Source: Squalus acanthias
Taxonomy: Eukaryota
NCBI GenBank assembly: GCA_030390025.1
Contig: CM059442.1
Span: 40,114,001 to 40,178,000 of the forward strand
Length of the DNA stretch: 64,000 nt
Reading direction: 5' to 3'
The notes beneath the pieces were generated by a model that did no database searches, was not told where the DNA came from, and was given only the letters and a program-made list of their open reading frames with translations. The translations under genes were made by a program, and so were the position numbers. Below, in pieces: positions 39,591-52,296 of the stretch; position 1 is the first letter of the stretch, and each line of letters opens with the position of its first letter.

Positions 39591-40156
39591 GTCAAGATCA
39601 GGGCCATCAATTCAAACAATACTTCGTAGTCTTGGGACAAACTCATTACAAATGTATTACTTATTGTCATGTTCCACTTAAGGAGAATAATTCATAGAAT
39701 TGCAGAAGACGCAGTTTAACTAATTCACGACAAGCAGTGTGTCTCCCAGAGAGATGAGACTGATGGTGGATTATTGTAATACAGATATTGGGACATGACC
39801 AATTATGAAGCTAATTTGCCTTTTAATGTATAGAATAGCTACTTTATCATAGAGTCGGAGAAAAACTTATGTGTGTTAAGTTAGAGGTCAAAGTATACCA
39901 GAGCATTCCATAGTAAGAGAGTGTTTATATGGTTAATTAGACAGCAAGCAAAGAGTCCTGTGAGGGCTTGAGTATAGCAGTATTCTACCGAGAGATTAGC
40001 TCATGCCATACAGCAAAAACAATAATTGCATGTTGAATAAATTAATATAATTTTACCAATTTTCCAGACTTAACAAAATGCTTAGCTCAACATTTAAAAA
40101 AATGAGTAAAAATGACATATTACCTTCTATAAAAAAACACTTTAAAATAAATGATA

Positions 40157-40402
40157 ACAACTACTTACATTTACATAGTGCCTTTAACGTAGAAAAATGT
40201 CCCAGGGGGCTTCACAGAGGCATAATCAGACAAAATGGACGCCGAGACAAAGCAGGGGATATTAGTTGGGGCGGCCAAAAGCTTGATCAAAGAGGTGGGT
40301 TTTAAGGAGAGCCTTAAAGGAGGAGAAGTCATTGAAGGTGCAGAGGGGTTTAGGGAGGGAATTCAGAGTGTGGGGCCTAGATGGCTGAAGGCACGGCCAC
40401 CC
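40157..40402 (-). mobile_element. L2-type 3' tail fragment
   Basis: Similar to 2875-3100 and 30930-31160. Confidence 0.7.
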
Positions 40403-40619
40403 TTTGAAGCTCTGATTGAAGAAGAACATCTACCCGGTACATAATATTGTCGGGTAGCCTTACCTTACCAGATTTGCCAGGATCATTGAGCGAACCAATA
40501 TAAGCATGAAGATGATTTTGCATTCACAAAATCTCTCTGACCATGATGGATTGAAAAGAATATGGCTGTCTATAACCTTACTGGAACGACTTTTGTTAAT
40601 AATTTCACATCCATATTAA

Positions 40620-40758
40620 TGAATCACAGAATCATACAGCACAGAAGGAGGCCATTTGGCCCATTGTGCCTGTGCTGGCTCTTTGAAAGAGCTATCCAAT
40701 TAGTCCCACTCCCCTGCTCTTTCCCCATAGCCCTGCAAATGTTTCCTTTTCAAGTATA
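40620..40758 (-). mobile_element. CR1 3' tail
   Basis: Near copy of 20072-20210. Confidence 0.75.
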
Positions 40759-41399
40759 CAGCCATGGTATATTGGTCTAAAACTTGTAGTTTTGAGGGAT
40801 ATTATTTTTCACAAGTGACAAAGAAACAGAACCTTTGTCAGGCATGTTGTCAGTTTCTGAGCCGTTAATCCTAGGAGGCCTTCTACCTGAATAGTTTATA
40901 TAATCAATTTGGCTGGCAATGCCCCATTTTCCACCAAAATAAAATTGACAGGAGTCTTCTGAGATTATTGGTGCTTTTAGGCAGGTTCGAATACAGCTGG
41001 GATTGCGTTGACAAGCATATTTTATTAAAACAAAAGAATCATGTAGCTAACCCCTAGAGGTTGTTTTTTCCAAAGCACTGAATTTAATAAATGCGATAGT
41101 TTGAACAGCAGATTTATCTCATTTAAAATTACAATCTCCTGGTCTCCTGGATGTAATACTGAGGGAATGACTGCCTGTGATTGATTTCATTTCAGCTGCT
41201 GAACTGAAAACTTAATCACTTTCTTCAGTTTAACAACGTTCTCACTGCCCGCTATTAATTCAGTTCTTGTCAGACTCCAAGTGTAATTGAAATTTGGCCT
41301 TTGAAAGAAAAACGTGTTTCTCCTCAACAGCTGAGGTTGTAAACATCTCAGTTATTTAACCTTCCAGCTCCAAAGTTATTTTATTCTCATTTGTGCCCA

Positions 41400-41700
41400 G
41401 AACTCTCTGTTCCTCTGGGCTCTGGCCTCGTGCATCCCCCCACCCCAAGCCCCGCCCCACCACTTCCCCCCTCCCTCCCTTCACTCTGCCATTGGCGGCC
41501 ATACCTTCAGCCATCTAGGCCCCATGCTCTGGAAATCCCTCCCCAAAACCTCTCCACCTCCAACTCCTTCTTTAAGGCCATCCTTAATACCCATCTTTTT
41601 GACCAAGGTTTTGGTCACCCTTTCGAATATCTCCTTTCTTTGGCTCAGCATCCATTTTGGTCTGATCATGCCTCTGTCAAGTGCCTTGAGATGTGTTGTT
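41400..41700 (+). mobile_element. L2-type 3' tail fragment, degraded
   Basis: cattggcggccataccttcagccatctaggccc...gaccaaggttttggtcacc. Confidence 0.65.
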
Positions 41701-43135
41701 GTCATTTGATTGTCATTGCTGGTGTAATTATGATCACTTTTTGTTTATTTTTTGGGCAGCTTTGAGCAGTTGCCCAATGTGTCAGCGGCCATTGTTTCAG
41801 CAGAGTGGGATCTGTAACCCTTGTACTGGTGCATTAACACACTATGCCATGGGAAGATAGGGCATGGGCACTCCACACATGAGGATCAGGTAAGAATTCC
41901 TATGTGAAGCCTTACCTTTTTTTAATATCAGTTATTTTATTGGGTTCTGAAGAATATACATTTGCATTCTACAAAGCAAGCAAGAAAGAAAAAAAGATAG
42001 ATTAGAAAGAAAGACTTCAGAAGGTTTCAAAGTGCTTTACACCCACCTCATTTCCAAGATCATTTGCCTGGTCATCAACTTATTCCTTTCACCCAAAGGG
42101 CCCTCTCCTTGTACTGAAGGTGCAAAGCCAGTTCCACGCCTTCGTACTGCTCTAACAATCAGGCCCCTGTATGTGAGATTTGAGCTCTGTAGGCCCATGG
42201 AAGTAAGGAAGAGCTACTCTGGGAGGGCAGGCACACGGGATTAGGACCACTGCTCGTGTGGAGGATAAACACCAGCACGGACTGGTTGGGCCGAAGGGCC
42301 TGTTTCCGTGCTCTAATTTCTATGCACGTAATTCCTGAGGCTTGAATGAAAAAATTGTCAATCGTAAAGTGCCTTTACAGATGATGATCTGCCCTCCCTT
42401 TCAACTGAGGAATGGTGCAGGAGGGGCTACGAGAAGGGCAAAAAAAATAATCTGAAAATGAGGGGGTTAATATTAAGCTAATTTAGTAACAAATGCCTGT
42501 GATTTTGCAAAGAATGTTGCACAGCTCATAGGTTTGTATTTATTCAACCAAATGTTGAGCTGTGAAAATTAGTCTCTATACATAGGTAGCCATGCTGATT
42601 TGCAAAGTAATTTTGGTGCCTCGTTCCGATGTAATTTATACCTTGTTAGCTCCACTGGCAATCATAAAACGGCATGATACATCTGTTTTTGGATGAGTAA
42701 AATTAAAATTACTTTCGTCCCCACAAATGCTGCACCAGAATGTTTTTATTGTGTATCTCCTAATGAACTCTACTTTGCCTCTCAAAAAAGCTAAGTGTCA
42801 TGTATAAAGTATATTATATTGTTCATTAATTACAAAATTGTTTTTAATCCAATGATGGGGTTAGATGAAGAGGGATAGGAGGAGGCTCGTGTGAAGCATA
42901 AACACCAGCAAAGACCAGTTGGGCCGAATGGCCTGTTTCTATGCTTTATGTTCCATGTAAAAAAAAAAATCCCATAAAGTGTTAAGAAGTGTAAATTTAA
43001 ATCTTAATGGAGGGACCCTAGAAGCTCACGAGAAGAACGTACTGCAAGATGATTTATCGATTTAAACAAAAATATTTAAACTAAAGGTCATCTCAAGAAT
43101 ATTGGTATGCTGTAGCAGTTGCTATAAGAGCCATT

Positions 43136-43787
43136 GGCCCAGAAATTAGACTTCGATGGTTGCCGCGGGGGTAAGGATCCGGCGCGATCTAACCTACCGC
43201 GCCTGCCTTTATGGTTCGGGCCCACACGAACTTCTGGTCCTGGGCCTCTCCCTGGTGCCGGCGCGCAGTGTGTGCATGTCCCAGAGGCGCAGTTAGTTCG
43301 ATGCGATCACGTGGGCCAGTTAGAGCCAATGGCAGCACACCATCTTTCAGTCATAGTTTTGACAGGAAGAGCTGTCAAAACTATGAATACAACTTGTCCC
43401 CAAAAGAACAGCTAAACCTCAATTAAATTTAAAAAAAAACCATCACATTAATAAAATAACTATAGTTAAATAAATTAACCACTTTAAACAAAAATTTAAA
43501 TTTTTGAAAAAATTTAAATTCTTTTTGAAAGTTATAAAAATAAACTTACCTTTCTTTAAAGTCTCTAAAAAAGATAAACCTATTGAAATTTTTTAAAATA
43601 ATACTTAATTAACTACTTACCTTGTTAAAAGAGGGTCTTACGCCTCCTTTTTACATGTGTAAAATCTTCCATACTTACCCTCGCGTTCAAACCTGAAAAA
43701 AACCTAAGTGTGCTGCATGCGCACAGCCTGTAGTGCGCACACGGTTCACTTAGGAACCGCCCCCTTCGCAATATCGGAAATGCGAAA
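43136..43787 (-). mobile_element. Non-autonomous DNA transposon (GGCCCAGAAATTA terminus, AT-rich core); partial inverted copy of 50301-51043
   Basis: 43400-43765 is the reverse complement of ~50425-50780. Confidence 0.75.
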
Positions 43788-43788
43788 A

Positions 43789-44523
43789 GGTCTGGCCTAT
43801 ATGTGACTCCAGATCCACAGCGCACCCAAGACTCAGCCAGTTCGATCAGTAGTGGTGCTACCGAGCCACTCTTTGTGATGGACATTGAAGTCCCCCAACC
43901 AGAGTACATTCTGTGACCGCAGTGCTAATTCCAAGAACAGGTAAGGATGGCAGGTTTCCTTCCCTAAAGAACATAAGAACATAAGGATTAGGAGCAGGAG
44001 TAGGCCATACGGCCCCTCAAGCCTGCTCCACCATTCAATAAGATCATGGCTGATCTACGACCTCAACACCGCTTTCCTGCCCTATCCCCATATCCCTTGA
44101 TTCCCCTAGAGTCCCAAAATCTATCTCAACCTTGAATATACTCAATGACTGAGCATCCACAGCCCTTTGGGGCAGAGAATTCCAAAGATTCATACCCCTT
44201 TGAGTGAAGAAGTTCCTCCTCGTCTCAGTCTTAAAAGGCCAACCCCTTATCCTGAGACTATGCCCCCTAGCTCTGGACTCTCCAGCCATGGGAAACAATC
44301 TCTCAGCATCTATCCTCCCTCAATCCCCCTCAAAATCTTATATGTTTCAATGAGATCTCCTCTCATTCTTCTAAATTCCAAAGAGTATAGGCCTAAAGGA
44401 CATTAGTGAACCAGTTGGGTTTTCAACAACAATCTGCTAGCTTCATGGTCACCATTGCCGATATTAGCTTTTTATTCTAATTAATTAACTAAATTTGAAT
44501 TCACAAACTGCTGGTGGGATTTG
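43789..44523 (-). mobile_element. Rearranged fragment of the tRNA-headed LINE family (head + endonuclease piece) split by a CR1 tail
   Basis: B-box and central domain at 44392-44523 and 43938-43969; QNVLWLGDFNVHHKEWLGSTTTD at ~43845-43915; small inverted head piece at 43789-43821. Confidence 0.75.
43970..44391 (-). mobile_element. CR1 3' fragment
   Basis: RGHSLRIRG..RRNFFTQR..LWNSLP and a (ttcttatg)n tail; TSD CCTAAAG at 43963-43969 and 44392-44398. Confidence 0.88.
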
Positions 44524-45829
44524 AGGGGCTTGGGAGGATGGTCGATGACAAGAGATTTAAGGAGGATTGGAAGAGGGTGATGTTCTGAAATGACGAGAAG
44601 ACGCGAGAGGAGTAGAACAGGCCCACATGGGACTTGGCAATCAGGCCATAATTCTGGTGTCAAGTCTTGGATGTCGACTCAGAAGCAGAAGTTTGAGAAT
44701 CCTCCTCCTCTATCATTGGCCCAGATATATTAAGGTGAATGTATGCTTAATTTGAGACATTTCCGTATGTACACATGAGCAGTCAAAGCAGGCACGGCAT
44801 CATAGTCACAGTGGGTTTTAATGTTCATTTCAAACAAATTGCTTACAAGATTTAGTTCCATTTAGGAGGCCCGTTTCCCTTGCTGATAATCCCATGAGCA
44901 TCTATGGTATTAATTCCTTTCCGCCACAACACTTCTCCAAGGCAATCAACTGTGAACTGAAGAAACTCGGTACACGTGACAGATTTAAACATCGCACAGT
45001 GCAGTATCTGAATTATTCTGTTACCCAAAGGTTTTTAATTGAAAACATCTACAAACGCTAGGGCACGGATTAAAATTGCCCGATAGAGATTTGTTTTTCA
45101 ATTATAAAGGGAACATCATCACTTTGTCCTACCATTGGAGGTTGCTACCATGCTTATTTTGGAAGTATGCGAGAGGCATTTTAGTGAGGGCGATGCTGCC
45201 CTCTGCTAATTGTAGCAAAATTCCAATTGCATTCTTTATTGTTGCATTTATGACTTGCTACAAACAGCAAGCAGATGAGATTTTCCCCTCACTGGTAGTT
45301 AAGGTCTCCAGTAATCTGTGACATGGACCGTGCCTTTAGCAATACGAACACCTTCAGAATTTTTACAACCTCCCTTCCCATTCCCAAACAGGAAAATACA
45401 TTCGGGTCGATTTTTTCAGCATAACTGAAACGGTCTGTCCTACAATACATGCAAGCTCATAAAATGCAAGATCTCTACAATAATATAAACCCTGCAACGC
45501 TATTATACCAGTGAGATGATCAATATCTTGCCTTTACTTACATTACAATGCTTGTAGTATGTTCTCATTGTTATCACTCCCCGAAGACCTGCAGCAGCTG
45601 CTGCTGAATCATCTAGAATATAAATAAATAAAAATCACATTGTACATACAGATGCAACATGAGCAAACCCCGCGGGGTTTGATTTGCATTCCACGAGTAA
45701 ACTGGCTTGGTAATTCATGAGCAACAGTCCTTAAACTCTTCCTAATGTATACCGGTTTTCCTTATTTACTTTTAAAATGGCTTCCCCTCTGCTTTTTAAC
45801 ACCAATTTTCCACCCTCCTTTTGCCTACC

Positions 45830-46208
45830 ATTCCATAGGTGCCAGTGGTCCTCTGGTGTCTCACCCAAGTGGTCATTATTTCTGTGTGGCACTAGACAGT
45901 GATTGCTCACAGGCTATTCCAACATGTGGTGGTTGAGGGGGCTGGACTGTCACAGCTGAACCTGAGGCTGCCCTCACCCAATGGCCACACATGAACACTT
46001 CCAGCAGGAGGCGCTGAAGAACCATCTGGAGCACGAACCCTCACCAATGCTCTCTTCTGTAACCCAGTGGTTCGAAAGCCAGTTGGATCACCCCTACCAC
46101 GGCCCTGGTCAGCAGCAGCTAACTCAGCACAGTTTGGGGATTCAAACCAGGGACCTTTCTGGTCTGTCTGGTTGAGCTATTCACTGATTTAACCAGCTGA
46201 GCCATCGT
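45830..46208 (-). mobile_element. Old tRNA-derived SINE
   Basis: Minus-strand A box TGGCTCAGCTGG and B box GGTTTGAATCCC. The body resembles 14950-15097/15457-15600 and 22500-22573/30067-30240. Confidence 0.6.
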
Positions 46209-46543
46209 GCGTTAAAAAGGACAGTTACAGCACCACAATTTGGTATAAACCGCTCAGTTTGCTCTTCTGGTTTATATAAAATATAAATAGTTCAATTGTG
46301 TTTGTCTCATAACTGCCCTCTATTGATCTATTATCCAATACCCAGTGTGTGAAGGTTGTGATGAGACATTCAGTGCCTCCAACTGAGCAGACTAAACTTT
46401 CTTCCAAAGGAGAATATTTGCTCAGGCTGAGGGAATTAGCCAGTCCTATTCAGTAATTCTTTGTAGTTCCCTCCAAAAAAATGGTATTTTGCTAGTTTTT
46501 CCCCCTCAAAAATGTAGCCTCTTGAACCAAAATGAGTTGTAGT

Positions 46544-46715
46544 GGGGTCGATCTTGACTTTGTGCGATGGTGTTCAACGGGTGATATCGAGTCAACATTT
46601 TACAACAGTTTTACATCCTCAATGGTTTTCATTTTCACTGGAAATAAAAATCGGGAGAGGTGTAAAACGGGCTGCCAACTGTTGTACGCTATCGCACAAA
46701 TTCAAAGTCTACCCC
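46544..46715. mobile_element. Palindromic MITE (Harbinger-like, 3-bp TSD)
   Basis: ggggtcgatcttgactttgtgcgat ... atcgcacaaattcaaagtctacccc, with AGT on both sides. Confidence 0.75.
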
Positions 46716-47699
46716 AGTCAGTCTTACCTGATCTTATACCAAATCACGTTGGATCAAGACCCCAATTTTAAATATGAGCACATGCGTACAGAAGGATGAA
46801 AAGTGTAGACGTGCCAACTCTCTATTAAAAGGCTAGCTTTTTCTTCAATAGACTACCAAATATTACGAGAAAAACTGAGCTCTCTCCCCCCAAGCTATAA
46901 AATAAACCCAAAATAAACCTACTCTTTCAGAACTACTATAGAAAACATTGTCTTAATGCGACGTACTTCCTATTCATGCTGTTTTTTCTTTACATATGCC
47001 AAACCTTTGTGCTAAATCCCATGAAAGACCTGTAATGAATTACTTCTGAAGTGATGCAGTGTTCCACCTCATTGAAAAAATATAATAAGCATCACCGGGT
47101 TATGTGTTGTCTAGAAAATGCGATGGATAAATAGTTGTGTTGAGTTTTATTTTATATTTTATTATAATTTTACAAAACATGCATTTAGCTGAATGCCTAT
47201 TATGGTTTGCAAGCAGAAATACAATCATTGATGAGTAGGTTCATTTTCTATTCATGCAAATTTGAGCATTTGAACAAAGCTAGTTATACTGTACATGGCT
47301 TCCAACACTTTCTAATGTGTTGGTTTGGGACACTCTGGGTCCATATATTGTTGAAACAAAGCTCTCACTTCCTTTGCATCACTCACACTGGTCTTAATCA
47401 TCCGACCTCTGTTTTCTCTCCTTTGTGTTGTCTCTGCAGTACATACATGTCCCAAGTTACCATCTGTGCATTAAATTGGAAGGAGGGACAGCAAGTGGGC
47501 CAGCTGAGGAAATATGTCGGATTTATACTTGACTCCCAACCAGCACTGGAGCAAATACATTTGCAGTATTTAGCTCCTGTAACAAGTTAACCGGCCAGCA
47601 TGTGGTGCAATTAATCTGGTCATCTGATTGAATATTCAAATCTGCACGAGCCAATTAAATAATCAGAAACAAAACAGATCCAGCTATGGAATTGGACGA

Positions 47700-48410
47700 G
47701 GGAAATTTGTGAATGCAGAGTTAACGGACCAACATTTGCGATCGGAGGCTTCACGAGGACGGACACCTCCGACCTGCAAGAAATCTATGAATGTACCTGG
47801 TGGCCCAGGAGATACAGAGACTCGCGATCCTGGGCCTCTCCGGGTCCGCGCGGGCAAAGCCCCGTGTATCCCAGGGGCGCAGGCGGTTCGTAGACGCCCC
47901 GGGATCACTTGGGCCGGCCCAACCAATAAAAGAAGGGAATCCCCATTCACACTTATTGGAGTTCCGTATGTACAGAACTCCAATGACTATGAATGGGGAT
48001 CACTTAAAAAATACACCAACACATGAAACAATTTTTTTAAATTACATATTTAAAATGAATTAAAATGTCAGTTAATTAAATATTTTAAACAAAATTTTTT
48101 TTTTTTTAAATTATGTTTTTATGGGGCTAAAAATAAACATACCTTATTGAAGAGTATTTTTAATTTATAAATGAGTGATAAAATTTTATTTTTCTATTTT
48201 TTGAAAACTCTTATGCTGGTAAAAGCCGGCTGTACGCCTGCTTTAACCATGCGTAAGAATTTGACAGGCATTCAGCGGGCGGAAGCTGTGCAAATAGCTC
48301 AACTCTCCACCTGCAGAGGCCCATCTCCCGGGGATTCTTGACAGATCACAAGTGCCTCTATGGGCGCGTCACACCTCGTACGCACCCGTAGGGGTCGCAA
48401 AATACGAGTA
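47700..48410. mobile_element. Non-autonomous DNA transposon remnant (GC-rich ends, AT-rich core)
   Basis: Architecture and core words (aaaaataaacatacctt) resemble 43136-43787; termini are degraded. Confidence 0.45.
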
Positions 48411-48889
48411 CTATCTTCATTGTTGCATGATCCCTAGTGATAATCCCCGCTCACCATCGCAGGAATCCTTTCAGTGACCTAGGGGACCAAATGTAGGTAT
48501 AGTATGATATTTCATCATTTTCATACAACATGCATATATTCTAAGATAGATCATCATTGACAAGCTGTTTCATGGTATTTAGATTCAGTTTTTGATTATC
48601 TGAGAGGAGCCTTCAGTTCAGAGCAAATTGGAATTCACAGCTGTCATGATAACAGTTTTTTTTAAAGAGTTGTACCGCTCTAAGCAGAACAGTAGATAAT
48701 GAAAGATGACAGAGCAGTCTGAAAGAAGAGGGAAGGTTGCATAGGATTTCAGAAAATGGTAAGAAGCAATGACAGCTCAGACCTGCCTTTTGTTTTGGTT
48801 CATCTGGGTGCTGACATGTGTGGTAGACCATCATGTCTCCAAACCAAGCTACTGAGAAATCCACACAGGTAGTGCTTCTACAAAAGCAA

Positions 48890-49108
48890 ATCTCTCCTCC
48901 CTTCCACTCTATCACAGAGCTTCCCTTTTGTTCTTTCCTCCCCTCCTCCCTTTCCCGGCCTCTGCAATTGCTTAAATCCCATTATATCTCTAACTTTTTC
49001 CAATTCTAACAAAAGGTCATCGGCCTGAAACGTTGACTCTGTTTCTCTCTCCACAGACATTGTCTGACCTGCTTAGTACTTCCAGCATTTTCTGTTTTTT
49101 ATTTCAGG
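48890..49108 (+). mobile_element. Penelope family A 3' UTR fragment, hammerhead core degraded
   Basis: Aligns with 9195-9410. Confidence 0.8.
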
Positions 49109-49185
49109 TTTGCCCAATATAGCATGCACACTTTCTCCCCCATGGGGCAAACACCTCTTACTGAAGCCCAGAGAGCTTAGGCATA

Positions 49186-49316
49186 ACTGATGAAAGGTCA
49201 TCGACCTGAAACGTTAACTCTCTTTCTCTCTCCACGGATGCTGCCTGGCCTGCTGAGTTTTTCCAGCGTTTTCTGTTGTTATTTCGGATTTCCAGCATCC
49301 GCAGTATTTTGCTATC
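49186..49316 (+). mobile_element. 131-bp Penelope family A terminal insertion beginning at the hammerhead core
   Basis: Closely matches 9310-9436; TSD GAGCTTAGGCATA at 49173-49185 and 49317-49329. Confidence 0.88.
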
Positions 49317-50300
49317 GAGCTTAGGCATAGGTTGGAAAGGGCGAAGGCTTGGGGAACACAAGTGTGTGTAGGGATATTGCTGGAGTTTAACCAAACCTTT
49401 AACTACTTGTCCAGCTAGGTCTGTGATTAGCATTGGCTTTCCAAGCTATCAGGAGCTGAGTGGGAAGAATCCCAGCTTCCAGTAGCAGCTCAATCCATTC
49501 AGATCTCATTAATGAGCCAGGCTAGCTAGTCAATCAATCGTGCTTTACAGTACTGCAGATCTGCCTGACTCAGGTATCGAATTACTGAGTCTATCACAGA
49601 GGGTTGACGCAATTCCAATCTTCTATTGCCAGGTGTGCCGTCTCACAGCCACCTTGACCTCAGAGAGACTCCACTGACCTTGGCAGTGAACACAGTCTCA
49701 CGACTTCAGCAGCATCATGCCTTTCTGTATTACTTCAAAAGGAGCTCTCATCCTTGAAACAGATTTTTGAACAGATCAAAGTCCCTCCAAAACACAGCGC
49801 TTGATGCAACCATTCCCTTAACTATTTCACCTCGATACAAGGGAGTGATTCTCCAGGTCATTATTAACACACTTTATCTTGTTAATGGGCCTGGACATTC
49901 CTCATTTAACAGGAAATGGAAGAAGTTCCTGTTTTTCAGTGCAATTAATGGCCCACTAACAAAATTGTGGGAACGTGCATCTTTGAATGCGATTTCATTA
50001 GCCGCAATAAAAAACTAATCACAATACACTTGAAATATGGGAACACTCATGTCTCCTGATGGCTGGTTACAGGGAGTACTGGTGGTGGGTTTGAGAACAG
50101 ACTGTGTGCCTGCCCTTTTAGCTGAACAGGTGTCAAGTCACGCAGACCAAAAAATGGGATTTTCAAAAAAAAAACAAGGAGCTAAAATTCTTCCTGTCAG
50201 TATTTTACTGACAGTGTGAGCACAAGGGAATCCCTTCTTATAATGTTCCTCAACTACAATAAAAAATAAAGTATAACAGTATGAGGTATTTAGACCTAAT

Positions 50301-51043
50301 GGCCCAAAAATTAGTCTTGCTACGCGAGAGTACGCACTGTGTACTCTCACGTATTCTGTCTCCAATTGCCGGTTTTCTGCATGCACTGCGCATGCGCTGA
50401 AAACCGGCACTTGGTGATTTCAAAAGGGGGCGGTTCCTAAGTGAACCGCGTGCGCGCTACAGGCTGCGCGCACGCAGTGCACTTAGTGCTTTGAACGCGC
50501 AGGTAAGCATGGAAGATTTTGCACATAAAGAAAGGAGGTGTAAGACCCTCTTTTAACAAGGTAAGTAGTTAATTAAGTATTATTTTGAATTTTTTTCAAC
50601 AGGTATATCTTTTTTAGAGACTTTAAAGAAAGGTAAGTTTATTTTTATAACTTTTTAAAAGATTTTAAATTTTTTCAAAAATTTAATTTTTTGTTTAAAG
50701 TGGTTAATTTATTTAACTATACTTATTTTATTAATGTGATGGTTTTTTTTTTAATTTAATTGAGGTTTAGCTGTTCTTTTGGGGGGGTATAGATTCATAG
50801 CTTTCACAGCCCTTGCTCTGAAAACTATGAATGAAAGATGGTGTGCTGCCATTGGCTGTAACTGAATCACGTGATCCCACAGCTCGCACAAATTAACTGC
50901 GCCTGTGGGATACGGAAGCACTGCACAGATGCTGTCTAGAAAATCAAGTTCGTGCGAGCTCGGAATGAAAAGGCAGGCGTGCAGTGAGATATCGCGGGGA
51001 AGCCTTACCCCCGCACGAAGGCTCCGTCATTAATTTCTGGGTT
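50301..51043 (+). mobile_element. Non-autonomous DNA transposon, complete copy
   Basis: Termini ggcccaaaaatta ... taatttctgggtt; inverted homolog at 43136-43787. Confidence 0.75.
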
Positions 51044-51273
51044 TCGCACAGTTCACTTGGCATTCTTGTTTAGTCAAAAATGGAGGAACAACAAAGGAAT
51101 CTTAGAGAGCTGTAGAAACAGAATTATGAATCAACTCAATTGTTACAGAAGGGATAGAGGATATATTTACAAAGAGCCAGTATTTTCAGTGTGCTGTGTT
51201 ACAAAGACTCAATTTTTGGACACACTGATATCATTGGGGGTAATTTTCAACTTTGCTAACTGGGCAGTAACCT

Positions 51274-52296
51274 TGATGCGGAGATGCTGGTGTTGGACTG
51301 GGTGGACAAAAATGAGAAGTCGCACAACACCAGGTTATAGTCCAACAGTTTTATTTGAAATCACGAGCTTTCGGAGCGCTGCTCCTTCGTCAGGTAAAGT
51401 TGAGGAATACAAATCAGCAAAGCATATATAGACAGAGAACAATGTGTAGCGTACAATGTCAGACGACTACAGTAAATCTTACTGACTGCCCTCCATCACA
51501 CCTCGGCCGAGATACAATCAGGTCAGTCAGGAAGGCATTACATCAAAGACACAGCAAAATACAGCTAAGACAATGAGGTGGGGTCACAGGGGGTCCAACG
51601 TGTCAAATGCTGCAGTCTACATGGTTAAGCTTTTTACTTTTTTTTAAAACTGGAAATCACATCTGTGAACAAGCCAACGACGACTCGAGTCTGGATGACT
51701 CTACGTCATGTAGCGTGACATGAAACCAAGATCCCGGTTGAGGCCGTCCTCATGGGTGCGGAACTTGGCTATCAGTTTCTGCTCGATGATTTTGCGTTGT
51801 CGTCAACACAAAATCATCGAGCAGAAACTGATAGCCAAGTTCCGCACCAATGAGGACGGCCTCAACCGGGATCTTGGTTTCATGTCACGCTACATGACGT
51901 AGAGTCATCCAGACTCGAGTCGTCGTTGGCTTGTTCACAGATGTGATTTCCAGTTTTAAAAAAAAAGTAAAAAGCTTAACCATACAGACTGCAGCATTTG
52001 ACACGTTGGACCCCCTGTGACCCCACCTCATTGTCTTAGCTGTATTTTGCTGTGTCTTTGATGTAATGCCTTCCTGACTGACCTGATTGTATCTCGGCCG
52101 AGGTGTGATGGAGGGCAGTCAATAAGATTTACTGTAGTCGTCTGACATTGTACGCTACACATTGTTCTCTGTCTATATATGCTTTGCTGATTTGTATTCC
52201 TTCACTTTACCTGACGAAGGAGCAGTGCTCCGAAAGCTCGTGATTTCAAATAAAACTGTTGGACTATAACCTGGTGTTGTGCGACTTCTCATTTTT
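51274..52296. mobile_element. Penelope-like family B insertion forming a ~1-kb palindrome, inside a MITE (~51236-52472)
   Basis: Arms 51308-51799 and 51804-52296; GIY-YIG C-terminus KIIEQKLIAKFRTNEDGLNRDLGFM; hammerhead motifs at ~51360-51400 (-) and ~52203-52243 (+); TSD CAGTAACCT at 51265-51273 and 52300-52308. Confidence 0.9.
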
